Positions 7,654 through 16,114 are shown, numbered from the stretch's first letter. The stretch is DNA of 43,956 nucleotides from an uncultured Bacilli bacterium (GCA_947595345.1 CANQEQ010000001.1:1-43956); one strand, 5' to 3'. Notes: generated by a model not told the origin, from the sequence alone. Program-made: numbers and translations.

Positions 7654-9858
7654 TTATTTTTTTATTTTAATAGTTATTTGATAATAATCGTCAAATTCTA
7701 TTTCTTCGGTATCTATACTAATATTATTTTGTTTTATAGCATCAGTTGTCTTTTTAAGTTCTAAAACAGCTCCTTTAGTATCAAAGATAGTTCTAACTGG
7801 TTCTAACTTAATATATTGATTATCTGACTCTTGATTATCAGATTTAGTTGTTTCTTCAGTTTCATTTTCCTCAGTTTCAACTTTTGCTACATCTTCTTTA
7901 TTTTCTTCTTCATTTATAGTTTCAGTCTCGGCTTCACTATTTACTTCTTCGCTTGTAGTTTCTTCAGAAGTTTCAGTTTCAGTATTTGGAGTTTCAACAT
8001 CAATTACTTCTACTTCGTCAACTACTTCAGCTTCTTCAGGTTCTTGAGGTTCTTCTTTTGTCTCTTCTTCAGTTGTTTCTGAAGCTTCCGTATTTTCTTT
8101 GAAATCTTCAGAAGGTTTTTCTTCCTTATTAGAATTTTCTTCCTCTTTATTATCTAATTCTTTAAATTCCTCGTCTTTTTCTTCTTTAGCTTCTTCTTTA
8201 TTATCATCTTTTTCAGTTTCCTCATTGTTTTCTTTTGGTTCTACTGGAACTGGAGGAATATTGAATAAATCACTAAACTCATTCTTTTCTTCTTTTTGGT
8301 TATCAGAAACATCTTTTGTATTTTCTTCAGGAGCCTCATTAAAGTCCGAAGAGCCTTGACTATTTCCTGGAACATCAACTATATTTAAAGGTTGATTAAA
8401 TAAGCCACCTTGAGGTATTTGATAATTTGGTTGAGGATTATTGCTTGGAAATGAAAAATCTTCTATTGGCTTTTGATAATCATTCATATTGTTAAAAGCA
8501 AAATCAGTAGGACTTCCGAAATTACCTTGATTAAAATTATTACCTGGCATTCCTTGATTAAAGCTATTCATATTATTAGCAGGATTAGAAGGAAAATCAA
8601 AGTTATTATTCATATTAGAATTAAAGTCATTAATTGGTCCCATATTCATGTTGTTATTATTCATAAAATCAGTATTTCCCATATTATTTGGCATAGTATC
8701 AAAGTTAGGTAAGAATTGATTTTCAGCTGGTTTATTACTATTTTCTTTAATTTGACTCATGAATAAGTTAGGATTATTGTCATTTGTAGTAAAATCATTT
8801 TGTACATTTTGATTAACATTACTACCATCAAACATAGAACCTAAAGAACTATAATTTTCTGGATTACTATTTGAATTATTTGTATTTCCCATACCAAAGT
8901 AATCAGGTGTTTCATTCTCCTCAGGCATTTTTAAATCATTACCGGTTCCAAAAGAGCTGTAATCATAATCAGTAGATGTTTCTTTAGAACTTGAATTAGT
9001 ACTTTCTAACATACTATTAAAAGCTGGTTGAGGCATTGTATTTCCAGTATTATTAAAATTAGGAATATTATTAAACATACCATTGTTAATTGTACTTTGA
9101 TAATCATTTAATCCCATATTTCCAAAATTTCTATTGTAGTTTTGAGACATACCATAATTTTGATTAGGAGTAGGGGAATTATTGTTATTTTGCATTCCAT
9201 AAAAATTATTATTATTCATACTAGTTTCTCCTTCCATATTATTATTCTCTTTAATTTCTTTAATTATTTTATCAAGTTCCCGAACTGTTAAACGTTCTTT
9301 TTTAATTCTTTCAAGTAAATTTAATTGTTCCTCTTTATTTTTTATATTAAGCAAACTTCTAGCATGACGTTCACTTATTTGATTTTTTATTAAAGCATCT
9401 TGAATTTCCTCAGGAAGAGATAAAAGTCTTAATTTATTAGCAACCATAGGTTGACTTTTTCCCATAGTCTTAGCAAGTTCTTCTTGAGTCATATTCGCAA
9501 GGTCTAAAATTCTTTTATAAGTACGAGCTTCTTCAATCGCACTTAAATTTTTTCTTTGTAAATTTTCAAGAAGAGATACTTTAGCACTTTCTGTGTCGTC
9601 CATATCCCGAATAATCGCTGGAATTGTCGTTAAACCAGCCATAGCACTGGCTTTTGTTCTTCTTTCACCAGCAATAAGCTCATATTTATCTCCAATAGGA
9701 CGAACAACAATTGGCTGAATAATTCCGTGTTCTTTAATTGAGTCAGCTAATTCTTCTAAACCAGTTTCATCAAATATTTCCCGAGGTTGAAAACGATTAG
9801 GAATAATGTCGTCTATTCTTAAATAAGTTACTTCATTATCGCCTTTATCTTTATTCAT
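7654..9858 (-). CDS. noc: Noc-like ParB-family protein with a roughly 480-aa low-complexity insertion (734 aa)
   Basis: The N-terminal 200 aa form a ParB/Noc core: IIPNRFQPREIF, HGIIQPIVVRP, ELIAGERRTKA, LLENLQRKNLSAIEEA and an HTH (MTQEELAKTMGKSQPMVANKLRLL). The C-terminal roughly 50 aa (ISIDTEEIEFDDYYQITIKIKK) resemble the B. subtilis Noc C-terminus as I remember it. The position between rsmG and soj is that of noc. Residues about 204-681 are N/Q-rich and then E/K/T-rich low complexity. Confidence 0.8.
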   Translation of the reverse strand: MNKDKGDNEVTYLRIDDIIPNRFQPREIFDETGLEELADSIKEHGIIQPIVVRPIGDKYELIAGERRTKASAMAGLTTIPAIIRDMDDTESAKVSLLENLQRKNLSAIEEARTYKRILDLANMTQEELAKTMGKSQPMVANKLRLLSLPEEIQDALIKNQISERHARSLLNIKNKEEQLNLLERIKKERLTVRELDKIIKEIKENNNMEGETSMNNNNFYGMQNNNNSPTPNQNYGMSQNYNRNFGNMGLNDYQSTINNGMFNNIPNFNNTGNTMPQPAFNSMLESTNSSSKETSTDYDYSSFGTGNDLKMPEENETPDYFGMGNTNNSNSNPENYSSLGSMFDGSNVNQNVQNDFTTNDNNPNLFMSQIKENSNKPAENQFLPNFDTMPNNMGNTDFMNNNNMNMGPINDFNSNMNNNFDFPSNPANNMNSFNQGMPGNNFNQGNFGSPTDFAFNNMNDYQKPIEDFSFPSNNPQPNYQIPQGGLFNQPLNIVDVPGNSQGSSDFNEAPEENTKDVSDNQKEEKNEFSDLFNIPPVPVEPKENNEETEKDDNKEEAKEEKDEEFKELDNKEEENSNKEEKPSEDFKENTEASETTEEETKEEPQEPEEAEVVDEVEVIDVETPNTETETSEETTSEEVNSEAETETINEEENKEDVAKVETEENETEETTKSDNQESDNQYIKLEPVRTIFDTKGAVLELKKTTDAIKQNNISIDTEEIEFDDYYQITIKIKK

Positions 9859-9903
9859 ACAATCCCTTCTTTCTTCTTTTATGGTATTTCCCTATGATAA
9901 TAT

Positions 9904-9930
9904 ATTATATCAAAATAAAGTTTTTTACAA
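9904..9930 (-). promoter_or_regulatory. Putative extended -10 promoter of noc
   Basis: The minus strand reads TTGTAA, a 15-nt spacer, then TGA-TATAAT, about 45 nt upstream of the noc ATG. Confidence 0.45.
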
Positions 9931-9960
9931 TGTTTTTTTCTATTTTTGTAGAAAATTTGT

Positions 9961-9990
9961 AAAAGAAAATCACAGTATTTCCCACTGTGA
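9961..9990 (-). terminator. Rho-independent terminator downstream of rsmG
   Basis: The hairpin pairs tcacagt (9970-9976) with actgtga (9984-9990) around a 7-nt loop. It is followed on the minus strand by TTTTCTTTT (plus-strand 9961-9969). Confidence 0.6.
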
Positions 9991-10101
9991 TATAATATAG
10001 TTTTAGTTTAATATCTAATATGTAAACATCTATATTTTATTTTTAAGTTAAACTAAGGATTAATCTTGTTTTTAACTTCTTTTAAAGAAACCTTAATCAT
10101 T

Positions 10102-10236
10102 TTAAAAGTTATAGTTAAAATCTCTGCGCACGCCAAAGGCAGCCCAGCTAACATAATCTGCTAACATCTCACCATTTGAACGAACATCTATAAGGTAAGC
10201 ATCACCATTGACTGAAGAGAGATTAGAAGGCGACAT
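10102..10236 (-). other. Short 44-codon ORF or gene remnant in a locally GC-rich patch (MSPSNLSSVNGDAYLIDVRSNGEMLADYVSWAAFGVRRDFNYNF)
   Basis: Reading from ATG (plus-strand cat 10234-10236) to TAA (plus-strand tta 10102-10104), the composition is clearly richer in G+C than the flanking intergenic DNA. The LIDVRS segment is reminiscent of rhodanese-domain N-termini. The SD is weak and distant. Confidence 0.25.
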
Positions 10237-10268
10237 ATTTTTTAATAGATTAACCCCTTTATTTATTT

Positions 10269-10979
10269 TTATTTTTTTAGATAATCTTTCTTTATCTTAT
10301 CAAAACGTCTTGGAAATTTATTAATAGTTTCCTTTTCTTTTATAATCGTTACTAAAGTTCTTAAACTATTTTCTTTAGGAAGTTTAAATTCTTCACATTT
10401 AATTATAGAAGCTCCAATTTGTTTTAAAATATTCTTACTTTCTTCTATTTCAGTTACTACATTTGATTTCATAGCTATAAAATAACCATTTACTTTAACT
10501 GTTGGAATAATTGTTTCTATTAATATTCCTAAATGGGCAACAGCTCTTGCTACTACAACATCATATTTATTTTTATTAACTCTTGAATAGTCTTCAATTC
10601 GCGTGCATACTGTTTCTATATCTTGTAAATCAAGGTCTTTAATAATTTCATTTAAGTAATTTATTCGTTTACTTGTAGCATCTAAAAGGGTTATTTTTAA
10701 ATTGGGAAATACTATTTTTAAAACAATTCCCGGAAATCCTGCTCCCGTTCCTACATCTAATAATTTTAAATCTTTAGTTAAATCTAAAGCCTTAATTAAG
10801 GTTAAACTATCATAAAAATGTTTTAAATAAACTTCTTCTTTATTAGTAATTGTTGTTAAATTAAGTTTTTCATTCCATGTAATTAAAAGCTCATAAAATC
10901 TTTCTAATTTAGTAATTTTTTCTTTATCTAACTTAATATTTAATTTTAAAAGTTCTTCTTGAAATTCTTCAATGTTCAT
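10269..10979 (-). CDS. rsmG: 16S rRNA (guanine527-N7)-methyltransferase RsmG (GidB)
   Basis: The SAM motif is LLDVGTGAGFPGIVLKI. The gene is 236 aa, overlaps the mnmG stop by 11 nt and follows the canonical mnmG-rsmG order. Confidence 0.9.
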   Translation of the reverse strand: MNIEEFQEELLKLNIKLDKEKITKLERFYELLITWNEKLNLTTITNKEEVYLKHFYDSLTLIKALDLTKDLKLLDVGTGAGFPGIVLKIVFPNLKITLLDATSKRINYLNEIIKDLDLQDIETVCTRIEDYSRVNKNKYDVVVARAVAHLGILIETIIPTVKVNGYFIAMKSNVVTEIEESKNILKQIGASIIKCEEFKLPKENSLRTLVTIIKEKETINKFPRRFDKIKKDYLKK

Positions 10980-12831
10980 TTTTATACCTCTTTAAATAAA
11001 CACTTAAAACAGCTATATCACTTGGGTTAACACCACTTATACGACTAGCTTGACCTAATGTTCTTGGCCTTACTTGGTCTAATTTTTGACGTCCTTCACT
11101 CGCGATATTTAATATTTTTGTATAATCAATATCATTTGGTATTTTTATATCTTCAAGTTCTGAAAGTTTTAAAGCTTCTTTCATTTCTTTAGCAATATAA
11201 CCTTGATATTTTATAGAAATTGAAACTTGTTCTAACACATCTTCTTGTTCTTCTTTGTCTATTTTTCCAAGTTCCATTAATTTATTTATACTAATTTCTG
11301 GTCTTTTTAATAAATCATACAAAGTAATACCATCTAGAATAGGGGAAGTATTAAGTTTTTCTAGTAAATCTTTTTCTGTTGGTAATATTTTTATTTCTTT
11401 TAATTTAGCCGTTAATTCAGATATTTTCTTTAATTTTTCTTGAAATTTTTTATATCTTACATCATCTATTAAACCAACCTTATGACCATATTCTCTTAAT
11501 CTTATATCAGCATTATCATGACGAAGTAAAAGTCTATATTCAGCACGTGACGTTAACATACGATAAGGTTCTTTAGTTCCTTTAGTTACTAAATCATCTA
11601 TTAAAACTCCTATATAAGCTTCATTTCTCTTTAAAATAAGGGGTTCTTTACCTCGCATTTTTAAACTTGCATTAATACCTGCCATCAAACCTTGAGCTGC
11701 TGCTTCTTCATAACCACTTGTTCCATTAATTTGTCCAGCTGTAAATAAATTTTCTATTTTTTTGTTTTCTAAACTTGCTTGCATTTCTAATGGATTAATA
11801 GCATCGTATTCAATTGCATAAGCATATTTTAAGATTTTAGCATGTTCAAGTCCTTTTAAACTATGAACCATTTTCTCTTGAATATCATGAGGCATACTTG
11901 TTGAAAAACCTTGAAGATAAATGTCGTCATAATATTTACTTTCAGGCTCTAAAAATAATTGATGTCTTTCTTTATCTTTAAATCTTACAACTTTATCTTC
12001 AATTGATGGACAATATCTTGGTCCAATTCCTCTAACATATCCTCCATACATACTTGATTTTTCAAGGTTTTCCATGATTATTTTATGAGTTTCTAAATTT
12101 GTATAAGTTAAATAACATGGTACTTGTTCTTCTATTTTATAAAGTGGCTCTATATCAAAGGAAAAAGTTCTTAAAACATTGTCTCCATCTTCTCGTTCTA
12201 GAACACTATAATCAATTGAATTTTTGGCAATTCTTTGAGGAGTTCCGGTTTTAAGTCTTTGAATAGTAAGTCCTAATTTTCTTAAATTATCTGATAAATT
12301 TTTAGCTTCTTTCTCACCATGGGGACCTCCCGGAGTTCTCTTATCTCCTACTAAAATATCAGCTTTTAAATAAGTTCCGGTTGTAAGTATTACCACTTTT
12401 GATTTTATTTCTTCACCATTTTCAAGTTTAACTCCTAAAACTTTATTGTCTGAAACTATTAAATCATCAACTATTGCTTCTTTTATTTCTAAGTTTTTAG
12501 TACTTCTTAATGTTTTTAACATTTCTTTAGGATAGGTTATTTTATCAGCTTGAGCTCTTAAAGCCCATACAGCTGGTCCTTTTTTGGTATTTAACATTTT
12601 AAGTTGCAAATGACTTTTATCAGTATTAATACCCATTTCTCCACCTAAAGCATCTATTTCTCTTACTAATATTCCTTTAGCTGGTCCTCCAACACTAGGA
12701 TTACATGGCATATCGGCAATATTTTTAATATTTCCCGTAACTAACAATGTCTTATGGTTTAATCTTGCTAAAGCTAAACTTGCTTCGCATCCTGCATGTC
12801 CACCACCTACAACTATAGCTTCAAATTCCAT
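10969..12831 (-). CDS. mnmG: tRNA uridine 5-carboxymethylaminomethyl modification enzyme MnmG (GidA)
   Basis: The FAD motif is MEFEAIVVGGGHAGCEASLALARL. Further matches include GPRYCPSIEDK and TSRAEYRLLLR. The protein is 620 aa. Confidence 0.95.
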   Translation of the reverse strand: MEFEAIVVGGGHAGCEASLALARLNHKTLLVTGNIKNIADMPCNPSVGGPAKGILVREIDALGGEMGINTDKSHLQLKMLNTKKGPAVWALRAQADKITYPKEMLKTLRSTKNLEIKEAIVDDLIVSDNKVLGVKLENGEEIKSKVVILTTGTYLKADILVGDKRTPGGPHGEKEAKNLSDNLRKLGLTIQRLKTGTPQRIAKNSIDYSVLEREDGDNVLRTFSFDIEPLYKIEEQVPCYLTYTNLETHKIIMENLEKSSMYGGYVRGIGPRYCPSIEDKVVRFKDKERHQLFLEPESKYYDDIYLQGFSTSMPHDIQEKMVHSLKGLEHAKILKYAYAIEYDAINPLEMQASLENKKIENLFTAGQINGTSGYEEAAAQGLMAGINASLKMRGKEPLILKRNEAYIGVLIDDLVTKGTKEPYRMLTSRAEYRLLLRHDNADIRLREYGHKVGLIDDVRYKKFQEKLKKISELTAKLKEIKILPTEKDLLEKLNTSPILDGITLYDLLKRPEISINKLMELGKIDKEEQEDVLEQVSISIKYQGYIAKEMKEALKLSELEDIKIPNDIDYTKILNIASEGRQKLDQVRPRTLGQASRISGVNPSDIAVLSVYLKRYKNEH

Positions 12832-12860
12832 CTAATCACTTCCCATATCAATACTTAGAG

Positions 12861-12889
12861 ATTATACAACAAAACTTATTTCTTGTAAA
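12861..12889 (-). promoter_or_regulatory. Putative sigma-A promoter of mnmG-rsmG
   Basis: The minus strand reads TTACAA, a 17-nt spacer, then TATAAT, about 30 nt upstream of the mnmG ATG. Confidence 0.55.
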
Positions 12890-12961
12890 TAATAAATATA
12901 TTTTTAAATAAGTATCTCCACCTATAGCATTTATAAAAGTTATACTTCTTATAAATGTTTT

Positions 12962-13013
12962 AAAAAAGAACTAGAAGAAAAACACCTTTCATTACTGAAT
13001 GGTGCATTCTTCT
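12962..13013 (-). terminator. Possible terminator after the 146-aa orphan ORF
   Basis: An interrupted stem pairs agaagaa/cacc (12973-12986) with ggtg/ttcttct (13001-13013). A T-run lies 4 nt beyond the stem on the minus strand. The loop is large, so the call is only moderate. Confidence 0.35.
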
Positions 13014-13147
13014 TCAAATCAATTAATTGAACAGAGATAGTACTTAACGGCAAAAAAATAAATCATATCTCTTTTTTATTTTATCATTACTACTAATATT
13101 TCTTCAATAGTATTAATAAAATAACTCCATATCTTACATATAATATT

Positions 13148-13588
13148 TTACATCTCTAATCCATCTTTTAACTTTAATAATTTTTCTTTTAATTCTACTT
13201 CTGTATACTCTTTAGCTTCTAAAGCTTCTTTATAACTTTCTAAAATTAGTCTACTTAAATTAACAATATCAGTTTCAATTAATATTTCTTTTAACAATAA
13301 TTGTTCTCTTTTATCAATTTTTGAAACAAAAATAGTTTCAATTATAACTAAAATTGTCTTTAAAAACAATTCTTTGTTAATGCCTACATCACTTTTAGTA
13401 AGTAATAACATTGTAAATATTATGATTAAACTTTTCTTAGTAATATTTAAAATTCTTTGACGAAATTTATTTAATTTTATAAAGTCTTGATTAGTAGCAA
13501 TTATTACTTTTTCTATTTCCATTATTTCTTCTAAAGTAGCATTTTTTAAATTATTTTCTAATTCTTTGTCTTGTAATTCAACCTTCAT
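13148..13588 (-). CDS. Hypothetical protein (146 aa from MKVELQD), inserted between mnmE and mnmG
   Basis: ATG 13588 sits 5 nt behind GGGAGG (plus-strand cctccc 13594-13599) and 19 nt after the mnmE stop. The track's longer start (13621) would overlap mnmE. The protein is helical with a central hydrophobic stretch (SLIIIFTMLLLT...ILVIIETIFV). I recognised no family. Confidence 0.6.
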   Translation of the reverse strand: MKVELQDKELENNLKNATLEEIMEIEKVIIATNQDFIKLNKFRQRILNITKKSLIIIFTMLLLTKSDVGINKELFLKTILVIIETIFVSKIDKREQLLLKEILIETDIVNLSRLILESYKEALEAKEYTEVELKEKLLKLKDGLEM

Positions 13589-13607
13589 ATTAACCTCCCA
13601 TTGATTT

Positions 13608-14960
13608 TTATTTTCCAACACAAAACTTACTAAACAAATTATCTAATAATTCATTATCATAAGTAACACCTAGAATAGTACCTAAAGTATTCCAAATAGT
13701 TTTTAAATCAACTTCTAAAATATCTAAAGGTAATGTATCAAGGTTATTTTTAACATCTAAACTTAAATCTAAACATTCCTTTAATTTTCCAAGTTGTCTT
13801 TCATTTGTTATATAATTAAACTCATTTTGAGATATTTTTCCGAGATTAAACATTGAAATTATCTTATTTTTTAAAGCTTCTATACCTTTATAAGTTAAAG
13901 TGTTTATATAAACTATATTCTCTAAATTCAAAGAACTAACATCTATTTTTTCTTCTAAATCATTTTTATTAATAACTATAATAGTATTTTTATCTTTCGT
14001 TTTTAAAATTAATTCTTTATCTGCTTCTGTTAACTCTTCATTATTATTTAATAGTAAAAGAACTAAATCAGCTTCTTCCATTAATCTTCTGCTTTTATTA
14101 ACCCCAATTTTTTCAACAATATCCTTTGTTTCTCTAATTCCAGCTGTATCTATTATATTAAGTTTTATTCCATCTATTAAAATATTGCCTTCTACTATAT
14201 CCCTAGTTGTTCCAGGAATATCTGTAACTATTGCTTTTTCACTTCCTAATAATCTATTTAAAAGACTACTTTTTCCAACATTAGGACGACCAATTATAGC
14301 TGTTTTTATACCATTTTTAATTAATTTTCCATTTTCACTTTCAGCTATTATTTTTTCTATTTTCTCGTGGATAACATCTATATTTTTTCTTATATCTTCT
14401 TTTGTTACTTCGTATATATCTTCATACTCGGGGTAATCTATATTAACTTCTATATTACTAATTAAGTTGATTAATATTTCTCTTAAATCTTTAATCATTT
14501 TACTAGAATTGCCATTTAATCCTTGAATTGCAATTTTTCTTTCTTTTTCAGTTTCACTGTTAATTAAATCAAGGATAGCTTCAGCCTGCATTAAATCTAT
14601 ATGACCATTTAAAAATCTTCTTTTAGTAAACTCACCACGACTAGCTAAACGACAACCTTTTGTAAGCAAAATTTCTAAGATTTTATTAGTTACACCAATT
14701 CCACCATGACAATTAATCTCAACAGTATCTTCACCTGTATAGGTTTTAGGTTCTCGCATAACACTTACTAAAACTTCGTCTATTATTTCTCCATCTAAAA
14801 CAATATGACCATAATTAAGGGTATGACTTTTAACTTTTTCTAAATCTTTTCCTTGAAATAAATCATTTACTATTTTTATACTATCTTGTCCACTTATTCT
14901 AATAATTGATATAGCTGCAACTCCTAAATTAGTTGCTAAAGATACTATTGTATCATTCAT
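13608..14960 (-). CDS. mnmE: tRNA modification GTPase MnmE (ThdF/TrmE)
   Basis: Matches include MNDTIVSLAT, G1 GRPNVGKSSLLN, DTAGIRET, NKNDL and the C-terminal FCVGK. The likely start is ATG 14960 behind ggggtga. The track start 14981 adds 7 codons. Confidence 0.95.
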   Translation of the reverse strand: MNDTIVSLATNLGVAAISIIRISGQDSIKIVNDLFQGKDLEKVKSHTLNYGHIVLDGEIIDEVLVSVMREPKTYTGEDTVEINCHGGIGVTNKILEILLTKGCRLASRGEFTKRRFLNGHIDLMQAEAILDLINSETEKERKIAIQGLNGNSSKMIKDLREILINLISNIEVNIDYPEYEDIYEVTKEDIRKNIDVIHEKIEKIIAESENGKLIKNGIKTAIIGRPNVGKSSLLNRLLGSEKAIVTDIPGTTRDIVEGNILIDGIKLNIIDTAGIRETKDIVEKIGVNKSRRLMEEADLVLLLLNNNEELTEADKELILKTKDKNTIIVINKNDLEEKIDVSSLNLENIVYINTLTYKGIEALKNKIISMFNLGKISQNEFNYITNERQLGKLKECLDLSLDVKNNLDTLPLDILEVDLKTIWNTLGTILGVTYDNELLDNLFSKFCVGK

Positions 14961-14991
14961 AATATCACCCCAACTCTTCATATTGTATCAT

Positions 14992-15025
14992 AAAAAGAAA
15001 ACTATGTCATTTGTTTAACATAGTT
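14992..15025 (-). terminator. Hairpin plus T-run directly after the 121-aa ORF and abutting the mnmE start
   Basis: The stem pairs aactatgt (15000-15007) with acatagtt (15018-15025) around a 10-nt loop. The minus strand continues TTCTTTTTA. Confidence 0.5.
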
Positions 15026-15026
15026 T

Positions 15027-15392
15027 TTATCTATTATGAAGAAAAATTATTTTTTTGCTTTGCTTTGGAAATAACTCATCTATGATTTGAATTTTATTTA
15101 AAAGACGCATTAAAAAGATAAATAGTTCATAACGAGGTGAGGGGAATACTTCTTCTAAAATCTTAATTTCTTTAGTTAAAATTCCATGAAATAAAAGTAA
15201 ATCATTAGGAGACTTGGTATCTAATAATCTAATTAAAAAAATTATTTTATTCTCAGGAAGTGCATATCTTTCGTCTTTTAATTCTATAATTAAATTCTCT
15301 AAAATATGGGATACTTTTATTAAAGCTGCTTCTTCCGTTAATCTTTCTATGGTTCCTTGCAATTCTTCTATACTTTCTAAAATACTTTCCAT
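15027..15392 (-). CDS. Hypothetical helical protein (121 aa), inserted between jag and mnmE
   Basis: The ORF has SD ggtga and its own terminator. I recognised no motif. Confidence 0.6.
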   Translation of the reverse strand: MESILESIEELQGTIERLTEEAALIKVSHILENLIIELKDERYALPENKIIFLIRLLDTKSPNDLLLFHGILTKEIKILEEVFPSPRYELFIFLMRLLNKIQIIDELFPKQSKKIIFLHNR

Positions 15393-15421
15393 TTTATCAC
15401 CATACTAGTTATAGCAAATAA

Positions 15422-15441
15422 ATTTGTCGTATTTTGTTGAA
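15422..15441 (-). promoter_or_regulatory. Copy of a 10-bp direct-repeat motif (minus strand TTCAACAAAATACGACAAAT), also found upstream of comK
   Basis: It shares the 15-mer ACAAAATACGACAAA with 22258-22279, in the same orientation relative to the downstream gene. It lies about 30 nt upstream of the 121-aa ORF start. Confidence 0.4.
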
Positions 15442-15469
15442 TTTTGTTTATGTAAGTTAATTTGAGTTT

Positions 15470-15493
15470 AAAAAAATTGCCTTTTTCAAGCAA
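15470..15493 (-). terminator. Rho-independent terminator after jag
   Basis: The hairpin ttgcctttttcaagcaa (15477-15493) begins immediately after the jag stop. The minus strand continues with T7 (plus-strand a15470-a15476). Confidence 0.65.
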
Positions 15494-16114
15494 TTATTTT
15501 TCTAATATTTCTTCTTTAGGTTTAATAACAACAAAGCGATTTGGTTCTTCTCCACTACTTTCTGTATAAACCTTTTTATTATTAGTTAAAGTATTATGAA
15601 TAATTCTTCTTTCATAAGAATTCATTGGGTCTAGTTTAGCTTCAACTTTAGTTTTAGCAACTTCTCTGGCAATTTGTTTAGCCATACGTTCTAAGTTCCA
15701 TTCACGTTTTTGTTTATACTCACTTACATCTAAAACAAACTTATAATTTTCTCCTATTTCCTTGATTACACTTTGTTTTACTATTGTATTAAGAGCATCT
15801 AAAGTTCTAGCATTCTTTCCAATTAAAACAGCATTGTTATCTGCATAAATAGAAATATTTAAACAATCATCTCTTTTTTTAACTTCCATATTTATTGTTA
15901 AACCCATATCACTTGTAATTCCTTTAATTAACTCTTTTATGTGCTCAACAACATCTTCTTTTTTTATTACCTCTATAACACTTTTTTTAGCAAACAATTT
16001 ATTAGAACTTTCTATTTCCTTTATATAAAGGTTACTTTCTTGTTCCATTAATTCAGCCATAGCTAAATTTTTAGCTTCTTCAAATGTTTTAGCTTGATAT
16101 GTATATTTTTTCAT
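15494..16114 (-). CDS. jag: Jag/KhpB RNA-binding protein (KH + R3H)
   Basis: The 206-aa ORF has a C-terminal R3H pattern (LDPMNSYERRIIHNTL...ESSGEEPNRFVVIKP). It overlaps the yidC stop by 4 nt, in the canonical yidC-jag order. Confidence 0.9.
   Translation of the reverse strand: MKKYTYQAKTFEEAKNLAMAELMEQESNLYIKEIESSNKLFAKKSVIEVIKKEDVVEHIKELIKGITSDMGLTINMEVKKRDDCLNISIYADNNAVLIGKNARTLDALNTIVKQSVIKEIGENYKFVLDVSEYKQKREWNLERMAKQIAREVAKTKVEAKLDPMNSYERRIIHNTLTNNKKVYTESSGEEPNRFVVIKPKEEILEK

Noticed and set aside
7831-8712. Three plus-strand ORFs (7831..8082, 8099..8359, 8473..8712) antisense to noc
   Set aside because: They are mirror-frame artefacts of the low-complexity GAA/AAT-rich insertion, giving poly-Phe/Ser/Ile translations. 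None has an SD.
5810-9858. parS site (TGTTNCACGTGAAACA) within or near parB/soj/noc
   Set aside because: I scanned by eye for CACGTG-centred palindromes. The only hits, near 11555 and 19550, lack the flanking TGTT/AACA arms. A degenerate site cannot be excluded without a computational search.
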